Origin: Candidatus Saccharimonadales bacterium
GTDB taxonomy: Bacteria; Patescibacteriota; Saccharimonadia; Saccharimonadales; UBA4665
NCBI GenBank assembly: GCA_049291335.1
Contig: JBATPG010000071.1
Span: 1-29,949, forward strand
Direction of reading: 5' to 3'
Length of the DNA stretch: 29,949 nucleotides
Position numbers and translations under genes: made by a program. The stretch's first letter is position 1. Each line of letters begins with the position of its first letter. A model generated the notes under the pieces. That model saw only the letters and a list, made by a program, of their open reading frames with translations. It made no database searches and was not told where the DNA came from. Of this stretch, positions 9,071 through 17,177 are shown piece by piece.

Positions 9071-9391
9071 TCAGCTTGCTACTATGTCGGTTAGCCAGTC
9101 CCGAGCGTCAGCATTTAGATGAGTGATGGGGAGCATGTGCAAAACAATAGTTTCGTAGCTGTGGTGTTTACGCACTTCGGCCTCAACTTCTTCGAACTTA
9201 CTCGCAAGGCTGGTCATAACAAGCTTTATTTCTTTGGCGTCTTCTATAGCGCCCTGCCACCAGTATTGGCTACGTACTTCTAGCTGCTCTACGCACGCGA
9301 CTAATTTGCTCGCCAGCAACGCGTCGGTAATGTTTTGTGCTTCTTGCCAGCTGCCACAAGTTAACGTTAGTTCTACGGCGTCAGTCTTCAT
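9071..9391 (-). CDS. cutA: Divalent-cation tolerance protein CutA
   Basis: LVACV, SQYWWQGAIE, HHSYET motifs; ATG at 9391 follows TATAAT. Confidence 0.93.
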   Translation of the reverse strand: MKTDAVELTLTCGSWQEAQNITDALLASKLVACVEQLEVRSQYWWQGAIEDAKEIKLVMTSLASKFEEVEAEVRKHHSYETIVLHMLPITHLNADARDWLTDIVAS

Positions 9392-9441
9392 AATTGAGCT
9401 GATTATACAATGCAACTACCCCTGTTGCAAGCATGAGCCTT

Positions 9442-9969
9442 TTAGCCAAGGCTAAATTCAGTGTCAATGTCGACGTATTGGGATGAATTAATTCTGTTTG
9501 CAATTTGAGCCGCGTAGACCGCTGGGACATTTGTAACAGGCGACACGTTCTTTTTAACGTTCTGCGGCCATAAAACCATTTCGCTGTCACCCTCAGCACC
9601 ACCCGAAACCATATCTCCACTTATTACATCAACATCAACCACTCGTCTTAAACTCGTAGGCCCTACAGTTGGTTCTTCAGTAGGTTCTCCATGACGGGCA
9701 GGGTAATATTCTTCGGCAACAACGCGGTCACCCGTTAGCCAAACTAACGTATCCCCATGCTCCGCCGGCCTAACATCCTCTGAGTCCTGAGTGAATAGTA
9801 TCGGCCAAACCGACTCATCATCGGGCTCACCATATCTTTCGATTAGACTATCCCGGCATAATGCTAGAGTTTCTAGATACTGAGCGACAAGCTGTCTACT
9901 CTGCCTTAGGTGCTCTTTATCGCGCTCTGCATCGCTCTCGACATTCTTGCCAGTCATATTTTTAGCCAT
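9442..9969 (-). CDS. Hypothetical acidic protein
   Basis: 175 aa ORF with AGGAGA RBS; no family recognised. Confidence 0.7.
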   Translation of the reverse strand: MAKNMTGKNVESDAERDKEHLRQSRQLVAQYLETLALCRDSLIERYGEPDDESVWPILFTQDSEDVRPAEHGDTLVWLTGDRVVAEEYYPARHGEPTEEPTVGPTSLRRVVDVDVISGDMVSGGAEGDSEMVLWPQNVKKNVSPVTNVPAVYAAQIANRINSSQYVDIDTEFSLG

Positions 9970-10043
9970 ACGTTCTCCTAAACTTATGCAATTAAGTATA
10001 CATCACCGCAAGACCATGACTGGTTTTTTGACATTTCTAAGTT

Positions 10044-10076
10044 CTAAAAAGGGGCGCCGATTGCGCCCCTTTTTAG
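10044..10076. terminator. Intrinsic terminator after dnaK (symmetric)
   Basis: CTAAAAAGGGGCGC-CGATT-GCGCCCCTTTTTAG perfect inverted repeat. Confidence 0.93.
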
Positions 10077-10078
10077 GT

Positions 10079-11998
10079 TTATTTTTCTTTCTTGTCTTCG
10101 TCGACAACTTCGCCTTCTATTGGCTCGTCGTCTTTCTTGGCTTTTTCTTCATTACCTTCACCTGCGTCATCTGCAGGGGCTTCAGACTGCGCACTCTCGT
10201 ACATCTTAGCGCCAATTGGCATCAGCACTTCGTTTAGCTCTTTGGCTGCTGCTTCAAGGGTGTCTTTTTCTGCCTTGTCGTCTGCAACAACTTTTTTAGC
10301 TTTTTCTACTGCTTCGTCAATTTTCTTGACGTCTTCTTCGCTAATCTTGTCTTTTTGCTCGCTCTTCATTTTTTCTGCTTGGTACACAGAACTGTCTAAC
10401 ATGTTGCGGGCCTCTACGGCGTCTTTGCGCTTCTTGTCTTCTTCGGCGTGAGCTTCGGCTTCTTTAGCCATTTTCTCTACTTCGGTTTTGTCTAGGCTGC
10501 CACTACCCTGTATGGTAATGTTTTGCTCTTTGCCACTGCCCTTGTCTTTGGCGGTAACGTTCAGTATACCGTTTGCGTCGATATTGAATGTTACTTCAAC
10601 CTGCGGTATGCCGCGTGGAGCTGGCGGGATGCCATCTAGCACAAAGCGCCCTAGGCTTTTGTTGCCGTCTACCATTTCGCGCTCACCCTGCAAAACATGT
10701 ACTTCTACTTGTGGCTGGTTGTCTGCTGCGGTACTAAACACCTCGCTTTTGCTGGTAGGTATAGTCGTGTTTCGCTCTATAAGCTTGGTCATAACACCGC
10801 CCATAGTCTCAATGCCTAGGCTTAGTGGTGTAACGTCTAGTAGCAAAATGTCTTTAACATCGCCCTGTAGCACGCCACCCTGTATAGCTGCGCCTACGGC
10901 GACAACTTCGTCTGGGTTAACGCCCTGCATAGGGTCTTTGCCAAAGATTTGCTTTACCTTTTCTACCACTGAAGGCATGCGGGTCATACCACCAACAAGC
11001 ACAACGTTGTCGATGTCTTTTATGGTAAGGCCGGCGTCTTTTAGGGCCTTTTCGCAAGGTATGGCTGTTTTGTCTATAAGGTCTTTGACGAGGCTTTCTA
11101 GCTTGGCACGGGTAAGTTTATGCTCAAAGTGCTTTGGGCCGTCGGCGTCTGCTGTTAAGAACGGCAAGTTAACGTTTACTTCTTGCGCAGAGCTTAGCTC
11201 TATTTTGGCTTTTTCGGCTTCGTCTCGCAAACGCTGCATAGCTGCGTTGTCTTCGGTAATGTCTAGGCCGTGTTCTTTTTTAAACTCGTCGGCAAAGTAG
11301 TTTATGATTACGCGGTCAAAGTCGGCACCACCAAGGTGTGTGTCACCGTTGGTGCTTTTTACTTCAAACACGCCGTCGCCAAGCTCTAGAACAGAAACGT
11401 CAAACGTACCACCACCTAGGTCGTACACAACAATCTTTTCGTCGGCTTGCTTTTTGTCTAGGCCATAGGCTAGTGCTGCGGCAGTTGGTTCGTTAATAAT
11501 TCGCTTAACTTCAAGGCCGGCAATTTTACCAGCGTCTTTTGTAGCGTGTCGTTGGCTGTCGTCAAAGTAAGCAGGAACAGTAATAACCGCTTCTGTTACT
11601 GGCTCGCCCAAGAAAGCTTCGGCGTCTGCCTTAAGCTTGCCCAAGATCATGGCACTAACTTCTTCTGGGCTGTATTCTTTGTCGCCCATTTTTACTTTGG
11701 TGCTGTTGTTGCTTTTTACAATTTCGTAGCCCATAAGCTTTAGGTCGCGCTGAACTTCTTTGTCGTTAAAATTGCGGCCAATAAGTCGCTTTACTTCGTA
11801 GACAGTGTTTTTAGGGTTGGTAACTTGTTGGCGCCTCGCAACTTGGCCAACAAGACGTTCGCCGTTCTTGTTTACAGCAACAACCGACGGAGTCGTGCGG
11901 TTGCCTTCGCTGTTAGTAATAATTTCTGGTTTGCCAGACTGCATAACAGCCATAGCTGAGTTTGTTGTACCGAGGTCGATACCGATAATTTTACCCAT
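10079..11998 (-). CDS. dnaK: Chaperone DnaK (Hsp70)
   Basis: [22 protein letters not shown] motifs; AAAGGA RBS before ATG 11998. Confidence 0.99.
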   Translation of the reverse strand: MGKIIGIDLGTTNSAMAVMQSGKPEIITNSEGNRTTPSVVAVNKNGERLVGQVARRQQVTNPKNTVYEVKRLIGRNFNDKEVQRDLKLMGYEIVKSNNSTKVKMGDKEYSPEEVSAMILGKLKADAEAFLGEPVTEAVITVPAYFDDSQRHATKDAGKIAGLEVKRIINEPTAAALAYGLDKKQADEKIVVYDLGGGTFDVSVLELGDGVFEVKSTNGDTHLGGADFDRVIINYFADEFKKEHGLDITEDNAAMQRLRDEAEKAKIELSSAQEVNVNLPFLTADADGPKHFEHKLTRAKLESLVKDLIDKTAIPCEKALKDAGLTIKDIDNVVLVGGMTRMPSVVEKVKQIFGKDPMQGVNPDEVVAVGAAIQGGVLQGDVKDILLLDVTPLSLGIETMGGVMTKLIERNTTIPTSKSEVFSTAADNQPQVEVHVLQGEREMVDGNKSLGRFVLDGIPPAPRGIPQVEVTFNIDANGILNVTAKDKGSGKEQNITIQGSGSLDKTEVEKMAKEAEAHAEEDKKRKDAVEARNMLDSSVYQAEKMKSEQKDKISEEDVKKIDEAVEKAKKVVADDKAEKDTLEAAAKELNEVLMPIGAKMYESAQSEAPADDAGEGNEEKAKKDDEPIEGEVVDEDKKEK

Positions 11999-12015
11999 AA
12001 TATATATTCCTTTCG

Positions 12016-12042
12016 TTAGCAGATGAAGTAAAAGAGTGCCAA
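12016..12042 (-). promoter_or_regulatory. Second, degenerate CIRCE in the dnaK 5' UTR
   Basis: TTGGCACTC-N9-ATCTGCTAA on the minus strand. Confidence 0.75.
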
Positions 12043-12052
12043 TGTAGGTATA

Positions 12053-12090
12053 ATTGTAGCGAGTTGGCACTCACATGTCAAGAGTGCTAG
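12053..12090 (-). promoter_or_regulatory. CIRCE operator and sigma70 promoter of dnaK
   Basis: CTAGCACTC-TTGACATGT-GAGTGCCAA (12064-12090); TTGACA, 17 bp, TACAAT (12053-12058). Confidence 0.95.
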
Positions 12091-12344
12091 TTAAGAGGTT
12101 GTAGCTGGTGCTCATCCACGTATTTTGAAACAGCAGTCCTCCCGACGCGCTGTGCTGCGCGCTTATGGGGGCCCGTGACAAACGGCATTCCTAACTCATA
12201 TGCGACTAGCCCGACTGTTATTGTTGCGGCGCCATCTTTAAAAAGGACACTGGGCGCATAGCCCATATCCTCTGCTGCTTCGACGATGTGCTGTAACGCC
12301 CTATCGCCAGGGTTAGGTGGGCTGGAGGCATTTGCATGTGTCAT
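12087..12344 (-). CDS. Hypothetical protein (85 aa)
   Basis: ATGA overlap with the upstream ORF; co-oriented with grpE and dnaK. Confidence 0.6.
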   Translation of the reverse strand: MTHANASSPPNPGDRALQHIVEAAEDMGYAPSVLFKDGAATITVGLVAYELGMPFVTGPHKRAAQRVGRTAVSKYVDEHQLQPLN

Positions 12345-12568
12345 TGTTGTAGATCCTTTTGCGACGAAATTTCAGGAAGACTAGCAACTGCGTCAAGTCC
12401 TCGCTGTGCAGCGGCCTGCTCAATAAGAGCTGCAACTTCTGCTTGCACCGATAGGTTAGTGGTATCGTCGGGACTTGTCCGAGCAACGCGCAGGGTCATG
12501 TCTGCAAGAAATGCTGCTGCACGTTGCTCGCGTACCGTGGAAGGCCCAACTTGCTCTGGCGTAGCCAT
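12341..12568 (-). CDS. Hypothetical protein (75 aa)
   Basis: Starts 2 nt after the grpE stop. Confidence 0.6.
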   Translation of the reverse strand: MATPEQVGPSTVREQRAAAFLADMTLRVARTSPDDTTNLSVQAEVAALIEQAAAQRGLDAVASLPEISSQKDLQQ

Positions 12569-12570
12569 AG

Positions 12571-13095
12571 TTAACCCTTAACGCGCACCATAGCGTGGCG
12601 GATTACGCTGTCGCCCATTTTGTAGCCAGACTGCAACTCTTCTGTGACGACTTCTTCTTTGCCTTCGCCTTCTTCCATGCTGACTGCTTCGTGTAAGTGT
12701 GGGTTAAAAGGTTCACCTACTGTCTTAATGCGCTCTACGCCCATTTCGGCTAGCGTGCTTTCAAACTGCTTTACTACAGACTGCACGCCTTTAACAAAAT
12801 CGTTGCCTTCGAGGTCGGAAGGCACGTGGCCAAGAGCTCGCTCGAAATTGTCTATAACGGGCAACAAGTCTGTAACTACGCTAGCTTTAAGCGTCGTTTT
12901 TAGGCTGGCAAGCTGTTCGTCGTGACGGCGACGGATGTTTACTGCGTCTGCCCTCTCGCGCTGCAACGCTTCTGTAAGTGCGGCGTTTTCTTGCGCCAAC
13001 TGCTCGGCAATAGCCTGGTGGTCTACATTTTTAGGTTGCTGAGTGTCCTGTGCTTGGTTGTCTTGGTGGTCTTTCTTGTCTTTTGTCATACTCAT
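12571..13095 (-). CDS. grpE: Nucleotide exchange factor GrpE
   Basis: LLPVIDNFERA, GEPFNPHLHEAV, GYKMGDSVIRHAMVRV. Confidence 0.98.
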   Translation of the reverse strand: MSMTKDKKDHQDNQAQDTQQPKNVDHQAIAEQLAQENAALTEALQRERADAVNIRRRHDEQLASLKTTLKASVVTDLLPVIDNFERALGHVPSDLEGNDFVKGVQSVVKQFESTLAEMGVERIKTVGEPFNPHLHEAVSMEEGEGKEEVVTEELQSGYKMGDSVIRHAMVRVKG

Positions 13096-13155
13096 CCTTG
13101 TTCTATTGGTAATTCTTTTGGTAATACTTTATGCATTTGCTTTACGCGTATAAAA

Positions 13156-13854
13156 CTATAGTACCTCTTCGAGCGTCTTACCTGCGTGCGCAACTAAGCT
13201 CATAACGTCTCGGTAGCTTTGGCGGGTTGGGCCCAGGGTGCCTATGTAACTGTGGTCGCTAAACGGACTGCGGAACCTACTTATAACTAGGCTTACGTCT
13301 GCACTGCGGCCAATTGGGTTCTCGGCGCCGATAAATACGCTTAGTGGTTCGTTTGGCCGAGCTTCTCGCAGCCATGGCTCTAGGTTGTCTAGTAGGCGCG
13401 CAACTTGCTGCACTTGGTGCCCACCAATAAACTCTGGCTGGCCAAACAAGTTACTAAGCCCACTTATGTACAGTTGGTTGCCTATAGTGGCAATACCAAG
13501 GTTGTGTGTTAGCTCTACCAGTGTGTCTACGGCGTTACGAATAGCGCGCTCGGGTATACCACCGTCTTGCAATCGAGTTGTTAAGGCACGTTCTGCACGG
13601 TGTTGAGCACTGGTTTGGTCTGTCTCTGTTAGTCGGTTTACGTAGTAGCGGTAGCCTTTGTCTGTAGGTATACGCCCAGCGCTAGTGTGTGGCTGAGTTA
13701 TGTAGCCATGGCGTTCTAGCTCTGCCATGTCAGAACGAATGGTGGCAGAAGACACGTTAAAAACTTTTGCCAGCAAGCTACTGCCAACAGGGACGGCAAC
13801 TTCGGCATATTGTTCGATAATTGCAGATAAGATTTGCATTTGGCGTGCAGTCAT
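13156..13854 (-). CDS. hrcA: Heat-inducible transcription repressor HrcA (short form)
   Basis: [39 protein letters not shown]; position next to grpE. Confidence 0.97.
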   Translation of the reverse strand: MTARQMQILSAIIEQYAEVAVPVGSSLLAKVFNVSSATIRSDMAELERHGYITQPHTSAGRIPTDKGYRYYVNRLTETDQTSAQHRAERALTTRLQDGGIPERAIRNAVDTLVELTHNLGIATIGNQLYISGLSNLFGQPEFIGGHQVQQVARLLDNLEPWLREARPNEPLSVFIGAENPIGRSADVSLVISRFRSPFSDHSYIGTLGPTRQSYRDVMSLVAHAGKTLEEVL

Positions 13855-13860
13855 GTTCTA

Positions 13861-13898
13861 AGTATAGCACTTTGGCACTCAATTGTCCAGAGTGCCAA
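13861..13898 (-). promoter_or_regulatory. CIRCE operator and promoter of hrcA
   Basis: TTGGCACTC-TGGACAATT-GAGTGCCAA (13872-13898); TGGACA, 17 bp, TATACT (13861-13866), 6 nt to ATG. Confidence 0.95.
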
Positions 13899-13905
13899 AC
13901 ACAAC

Positions 13906-14661
13906 CTATCGCTTAGCTTGCAACTCTTGCAAATGCCTTTTTACAGAGACTTGCATAGCTTGCGCAATTTTAGTTGCTCTAGTTTGAGCCTCTTGACTAT
14001 ACGTACCAGCGACGACTTTCTGTATGTCTTCTGCACACTGTTCTACGCCTTTGTTAATAACAATTTTAAAGTGCGGTTTTTCGAGTATGTTTCGTAAGAC
14101 CTTTTCGGCAGTTTGCAGGCGATTATAAAACTCTTCATCTGTAATTGATTCACGGTTCCGAAAACGCTTTAGCCATTCTTCATAACTAGGTGGTAATAGG
14201 CCAATAGCAAATACATTAGGGTCTATTGCTACGATGTTATTTGCCCCACCAAACTCAACCTCGGCGATAGCGGTTTTATTTGCGTTGGCGGCTTTTTCCA
14301 GCTCACGTAGGCTTGTGCCCGAGACTTGTTGATTATGAATCAATTCTGCCTCCAGAAACTTCCCTTGCTGGATTTCATTGAGCATATCAGATTCGTCTCG
14401 AAACCAGTACTGAACGCCGTTTTGTTCGAGCTTGCCGTCACGAACTTTTGGGGGACGTGTTGTATCTGAAACAATGTAGTAGTAATCTGCGTTGTCTACT
14501 AAATAGTTTATGACGGTGTTTCTTCCGCCTGCGGCCACGCCACTGAGAACTACAAAACGTAGCTTCTTGAATAGTGCTTGCGCGCTTGGCTTGGGCTGAT
14601 AGTCAGCGAGCACCGTTTTAAACGCTTCTTTATGCTTTAGCGGAGGAATTGCATTTGCCAT
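13906..14661 (-). CDS. gmk: Guanylate kinase-like protein
   Basis: VSDTTRPPK...EQNGVQYWF, GKFLEAE, LLPPSYEEW motifs; atypical P-loop GVAAGGRNT. Confidence 0.8.
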   Translation of the reverse strand: MANAIPPLKHKEAFKTVLADYQPKPSAQALFKKLRFVVLSGVAAGGRNTVINYLVDNADYYYIVSDTTRPPKVRDGKLEQNGVQYWFRDESDMLNEIQQGKFLEAELIHNQQVSGTSLRELEKAANANKTAIAEVEFGGANNIVAIDPNVFAIGLLPPSYEEWLKRFRNRESITDEEFYNRLQTAEKVLRNILEKPHFKIVINKGVEQCAEDIQKVVAGTYSQEAQTRATKIAQAMQVSVKRHLQELQAKR

Positions 14662-14728
14662 GCATGAATTGTAACAGATTCACCCCTGTTTTGCATGGGG
14701 TATCGAGACAGTATCGCTGTGCCGCATG

Positions 14729-15142
14729 CTAATCTATCAGGTCTTGTTTTTTTAGTATCGGAATCACATCATGTTCAAATATTGAACCAAGTTCGATATT
14801 TGAGGCGTCAGTAGAAGTAACCCAACGGTTTTCGGCTATCTCGTTACTAGGTACTAACTTACCTTCAAAGTGCTCAACCAAGTAGATGTCCATAGTAAGT
14901 TGCACGTTTTCATCCTCACGGCCTTTGGCCACAGCATGAAACGTACCAAAAAATTCTAAGGTATCTTCATTAAGCCTTATGCTTTGCTCTTCAAAAAGCT
15001 CACGAACTAACGCCTGCGAGGCAGTCTCACCTGATTCAATCTTGCCACCTGGGGCAATAAAATAGTCCTTACCCTTGTTGCGTGAAACTAGTAGCTTACG
15101 GTTTTGTATAATTATGCCTGCAGATTTATGAATCGTGGTCAT
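14729..15142 (-). CDS. NUDIX hydrolase
   Basis: Nudix box PGGKIESGETASQALVRELFEE. Confidence 0.93.
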   Translation of the reverse strand: MTTIHKSAGIIIQNRKLLVSRNKGKDYFIAPGGKIESGETASQALVRELFEEQSIRLNEDTLEFFGTFHAVAKGREDENVQLTMDIYLVEHFEGKLVPSNEIAENRWVTSTDASNIELGSIFEHDVIPILKKQDLID

Positions 15143-15184
15143 ACTAATCTCTCTTGAGCATTACGGTGAAGGCTTCGGCGGGGA
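15140..15184. repeat. 45-bp direct repeat: extra copy of the lepA 3' end (matches 15288-15332)
   Basis: 44/45 identical; the one mismatch is synonymous (ACC/ACT Thr). Confidence 0.97.
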
Positions 15185-15290
15185 CACCATAATGAGACAA
15201 ACCTGCGGTTTTTCTCATCGCGCGGGCAAAAAGACGTGACTTTTTGGTCCGGCTGCTCTTTTCCCTAAACAAAGCAGTGTATTGCAACAT
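15144..15290 (-). CDS. 48-aa bridging mini-ORF through element A, ending in the duplicated LepA C-terminus
   Basis: MLQYTALFREKSSRTKKSRLFARAMRKTAGLSHYGVPAEAFTVMLKRD; starts 1 nt after the lepA stop and ends 1 nt before the NUDIX ATG. Confidence 0.5.
   Translation of the reverse strand: MLQYTALFREKSSRTKKSRLFARAMRKTAGLSHYGVPAEAFTVMLKRD
15185..15287 (-). mobile_element. Structured repeat element copy A (REP/MITE-like, 103 bp)
   Basis: Three hairpins, ends in TGGTG, homologous to 17071-17163, lies between 45-bp direct repeats. Confidence 0.75.
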
Positions 15291-15291
15291 A

Positions 15292-17070
15292 CTAATCTCT
15301 CTTGAGCATTACAGTGAAGGCTTCGGCGGGGATGTCGACTTTTCCAAACTTCTTCATGCGCTCTTTGCCCTTTTTCTGTTTGGCTAACACTTTCTTTTTG
15401 CGAGAAACGTCACCACCATATAGACCGGTTGTTACGTCTTTGCGGTAGGCACTAAGGTCTTCGCGGGCAATAAACCTACCACCAATAGCTGCCTGCAATG
15501 CTACCTGAAAGTTCTGACGCGGAATAACTTCTTTAAGCTTTGCGGTCGTTTCGCGGCCTAAGCGGTCTGCCTCACTACGGTGGACCATCAAGCTAAGTGC
15601 GTCTATGCGCTCGCCAGCAACGTAGAAGTCTACTTTTACCAAGTCTTCGGCACGGTAATCGTCTAGTTCATAGTTGAACGAGCCGTACCCGCTGGTGATA
15701 CTTTTAAGCTGGTCATAAAAATCAGTAAGCAAGTTTGCGAGCGGTGCCTCAAAGCTTACAATGGCACGGTCTTCGACGTAGCTTAAGTTTTTTTGCAAAC
15801 CTCGTTTGCCAGATATTAGCTGAATAACCGGGCCAACGTAGGTCTGAGGCGCAATAATTTCACCCTTGATCCATGGCTCACGAATTTCGGTTATTTTGCC
15901 AACGTCGGGCAAGTCTGCGGCGCTTTTTATGTCTGTTTCGTCGCCGTTGGTTAGGCTCACCTGGTAGTCGGTAGAGGGGTTAGTGACGACTAGGTCGAGG
16001 TTGTATTCTCTTTCTAGCCGTTCGCGAATAATGTCCATGTGCAGAAGGCCCAAAAAGCCTATGCGCACACCAAAACCGAGCACCGGTGAGTTTTCTGGCT
16101 CGTACTGCAACGCACTGTCGCTAAGCGACAACTTTTCGATAGCTTCTTTAAGGTCGTTATAAAACTCGTTGCTTTCTGGGAAAAAACCAGCGTACACAAA
16201 AGGCTGCACATCTTTGTATCCTGGCAGTGGCTGTTCAGAAGGGTTGGCTACCAACGTCACCGTGTCGCCCACTTTGGCGTCGCGCGTAGTCTTAAGGTTA
16301 GTTACTATATAGCCAATTTCGCCAGTGTCGAGTGCTTTACGCGGTGTCATTTCTGGAGTGAGTGCACCTGTTTCTAGGGCAATGCCGTGTGCGCTCGTAT
16401 TTAACATTTTGATTTGGGTGCCTTTTTCTATGCGACCGTCTATAACGCGTACATACAAAATTACGCCACGATAATCGTCGTAGTAACTGTCGAAAATGAG
16501 TGCGCGAGTCTGTGGGTTTTCAGAAGGCTTTGGAGCTGGCACGTCTTTTACAATTCGTTCTAGCACCGCCTCTACACCCTGCCCAGTTTTGGCAGAAATA
16601 TGCAAAATGTCTTCTTTGGTGCAACCGAGTAGACTTATGATTTCTTTGCTAACACGCTCGACGTCGGCTGCCGGCAAATCTATTTTGTTGAGAATAGGTA
16701 TGATGGTAAGGTCAGCGGCCATGGCCAAGTACACATTGGCCAGTGTTTGAGCTTGTATGCCCTGACTGGCGTCTACGACCAATAGTGCGCCTTCGCAGGC
16801 CTGAAGGCTTCGTGACACTTCATAGCTAAAGTCTACGTGCCCAGGAGTGTCTATAAGGTTTAGTTCGTGGTTTTTGTATTGCATGCGAACGGGTGCCAGC
16901 TTTATGGTAATGCCCTTTTCGCGCTCTAGGTCCATGCGGTCTAGTAGCTGAGCCTTCATGTTGCGCATTTCTACCGTACCTGTCAGCTCTAGCAGCCTGT
17001 CTGCCAAGGTCGACTTGCCATGGTCTATATGCGCAATAATACAAAAGTTTCTTATGTGGTTCTGATTCAT
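15292..17070 (-). CDS. lepA: Translation elongation factor 4 (LepA)
   Basis: IRNFCIIAHIDHGKSTLADR, DTPGHVDF, GFLGLLHM, QKKGKERMK motifs. Confidence 0.99.
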   Translation of the reverse strand: MNQNHIRNFCIIAHIDHGKSTLADRLLELTGTVEMRNMKAQLLDRMDLEREKGITIKLAPVRMQYKNHELNLIDTPGHVDFSYEVSRSLQACEGALLVVDASQGIQAQTLANVYLAMAADLTIIPILNKIDLPAADVERVSKEIISLLGCTKEDILHISAKTGQGVEAVLERIVKDVPAPKPSENPQTRALIFDSYYDDYRGVILYVRVIDGRIEKGTQIKMLNTSAHGIALETGALTPEMTPRKALDTGEIGYIVTNLKTTRDAKVGDTVTLVANPSEQPLPGYKDVQPFVYAGFFPESNEFYNDLKEAIEKLSLSDSALQYEPENSPVLGFGVRIGFLGLLHMDIIRERLEREYNLDLVVTNPSTDYQVSLTNGDETDIKSAADLPDVGKITEIREPWIKGEIIAPQTYVGPVIQLISGKRGLQKNLSYVEDRAIVSFEAPLANLLTDFYDQLKSITSGYGSFNYELDDYRAEDLVKVDFYVAGERIDALSLMVHRSEADRLGRETTAKLKEVIPRQNFQVALQAAIGGRFIAREDLSAYRKDVTTGLYGGDVSRKKKVLAKQKKGKERMKKFGKVDIPAEAFTVMLKRD

Positions 17071-17177
17071 GCTCGTGCTCCGTTCGGGAAGAGCAGCCCA
17101 AGCAAAAATGACATTTTTTTCCTGGCGCGATGAGAAACCCGGAACGGGTGTCTCATGCTGGTGTTATCTTGTTTCAT
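17067..17177 (-). CDS. 36-aa leader mini-ORF starting with a LepA-like N-terminus and crossing element B
   Basis: MKQDNTSMRHPFRVSHRARKKMSFLLGLLFPNGARA; its TGA overlaps the lepA ATG (ATGA); TGTTATACT 8 nt upstream. Confidence 0.5.
   Translation of the reverse strand: MKQDNTSMRHPFRVSHRARKKMSFLLGLLFPNGARA
17071..17163 (+). mobile_element. Structured repeat element copy B (93 bp), inverted relative to copy A
   Basis: Shares AAGAGCAGCC, CAAAAA, GCGCGATGAGAAA, TGTCTCAT and TGGTG with copy A, with compensatory stem changes. Confidence 0.75.

Noticed and set aside
10092..11300. Long antisense ORFs opposite dnaK (119 and 270 aa), and similar ones opposite dnaJ, nhaA, ftsH and murJ
   Set aside because: Shadow frames of conserved genes with no recognisable protein features.
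11999..12070. 24-aa N-terminal extension of DnaK in the ORF track
   Set aside because: It overlaps the promoter and CIRCE sites; the conserved start [10 protein letters not shown] with an SD is at 11998.
13092..13136. 14-aa ORF MHKVLPKELPIEQG overlapping the grpE start, with an ATTACCAA repeat
   Set aside because: Too short, no RBS or promoter support; compatible with chance.
15140..15332. CRISPR mini-array or prophage attL/attR
   Set aside because: Only two repeats, which are lepA coding sequence, separated by 103 bp; no cas or integrase gene in the window.
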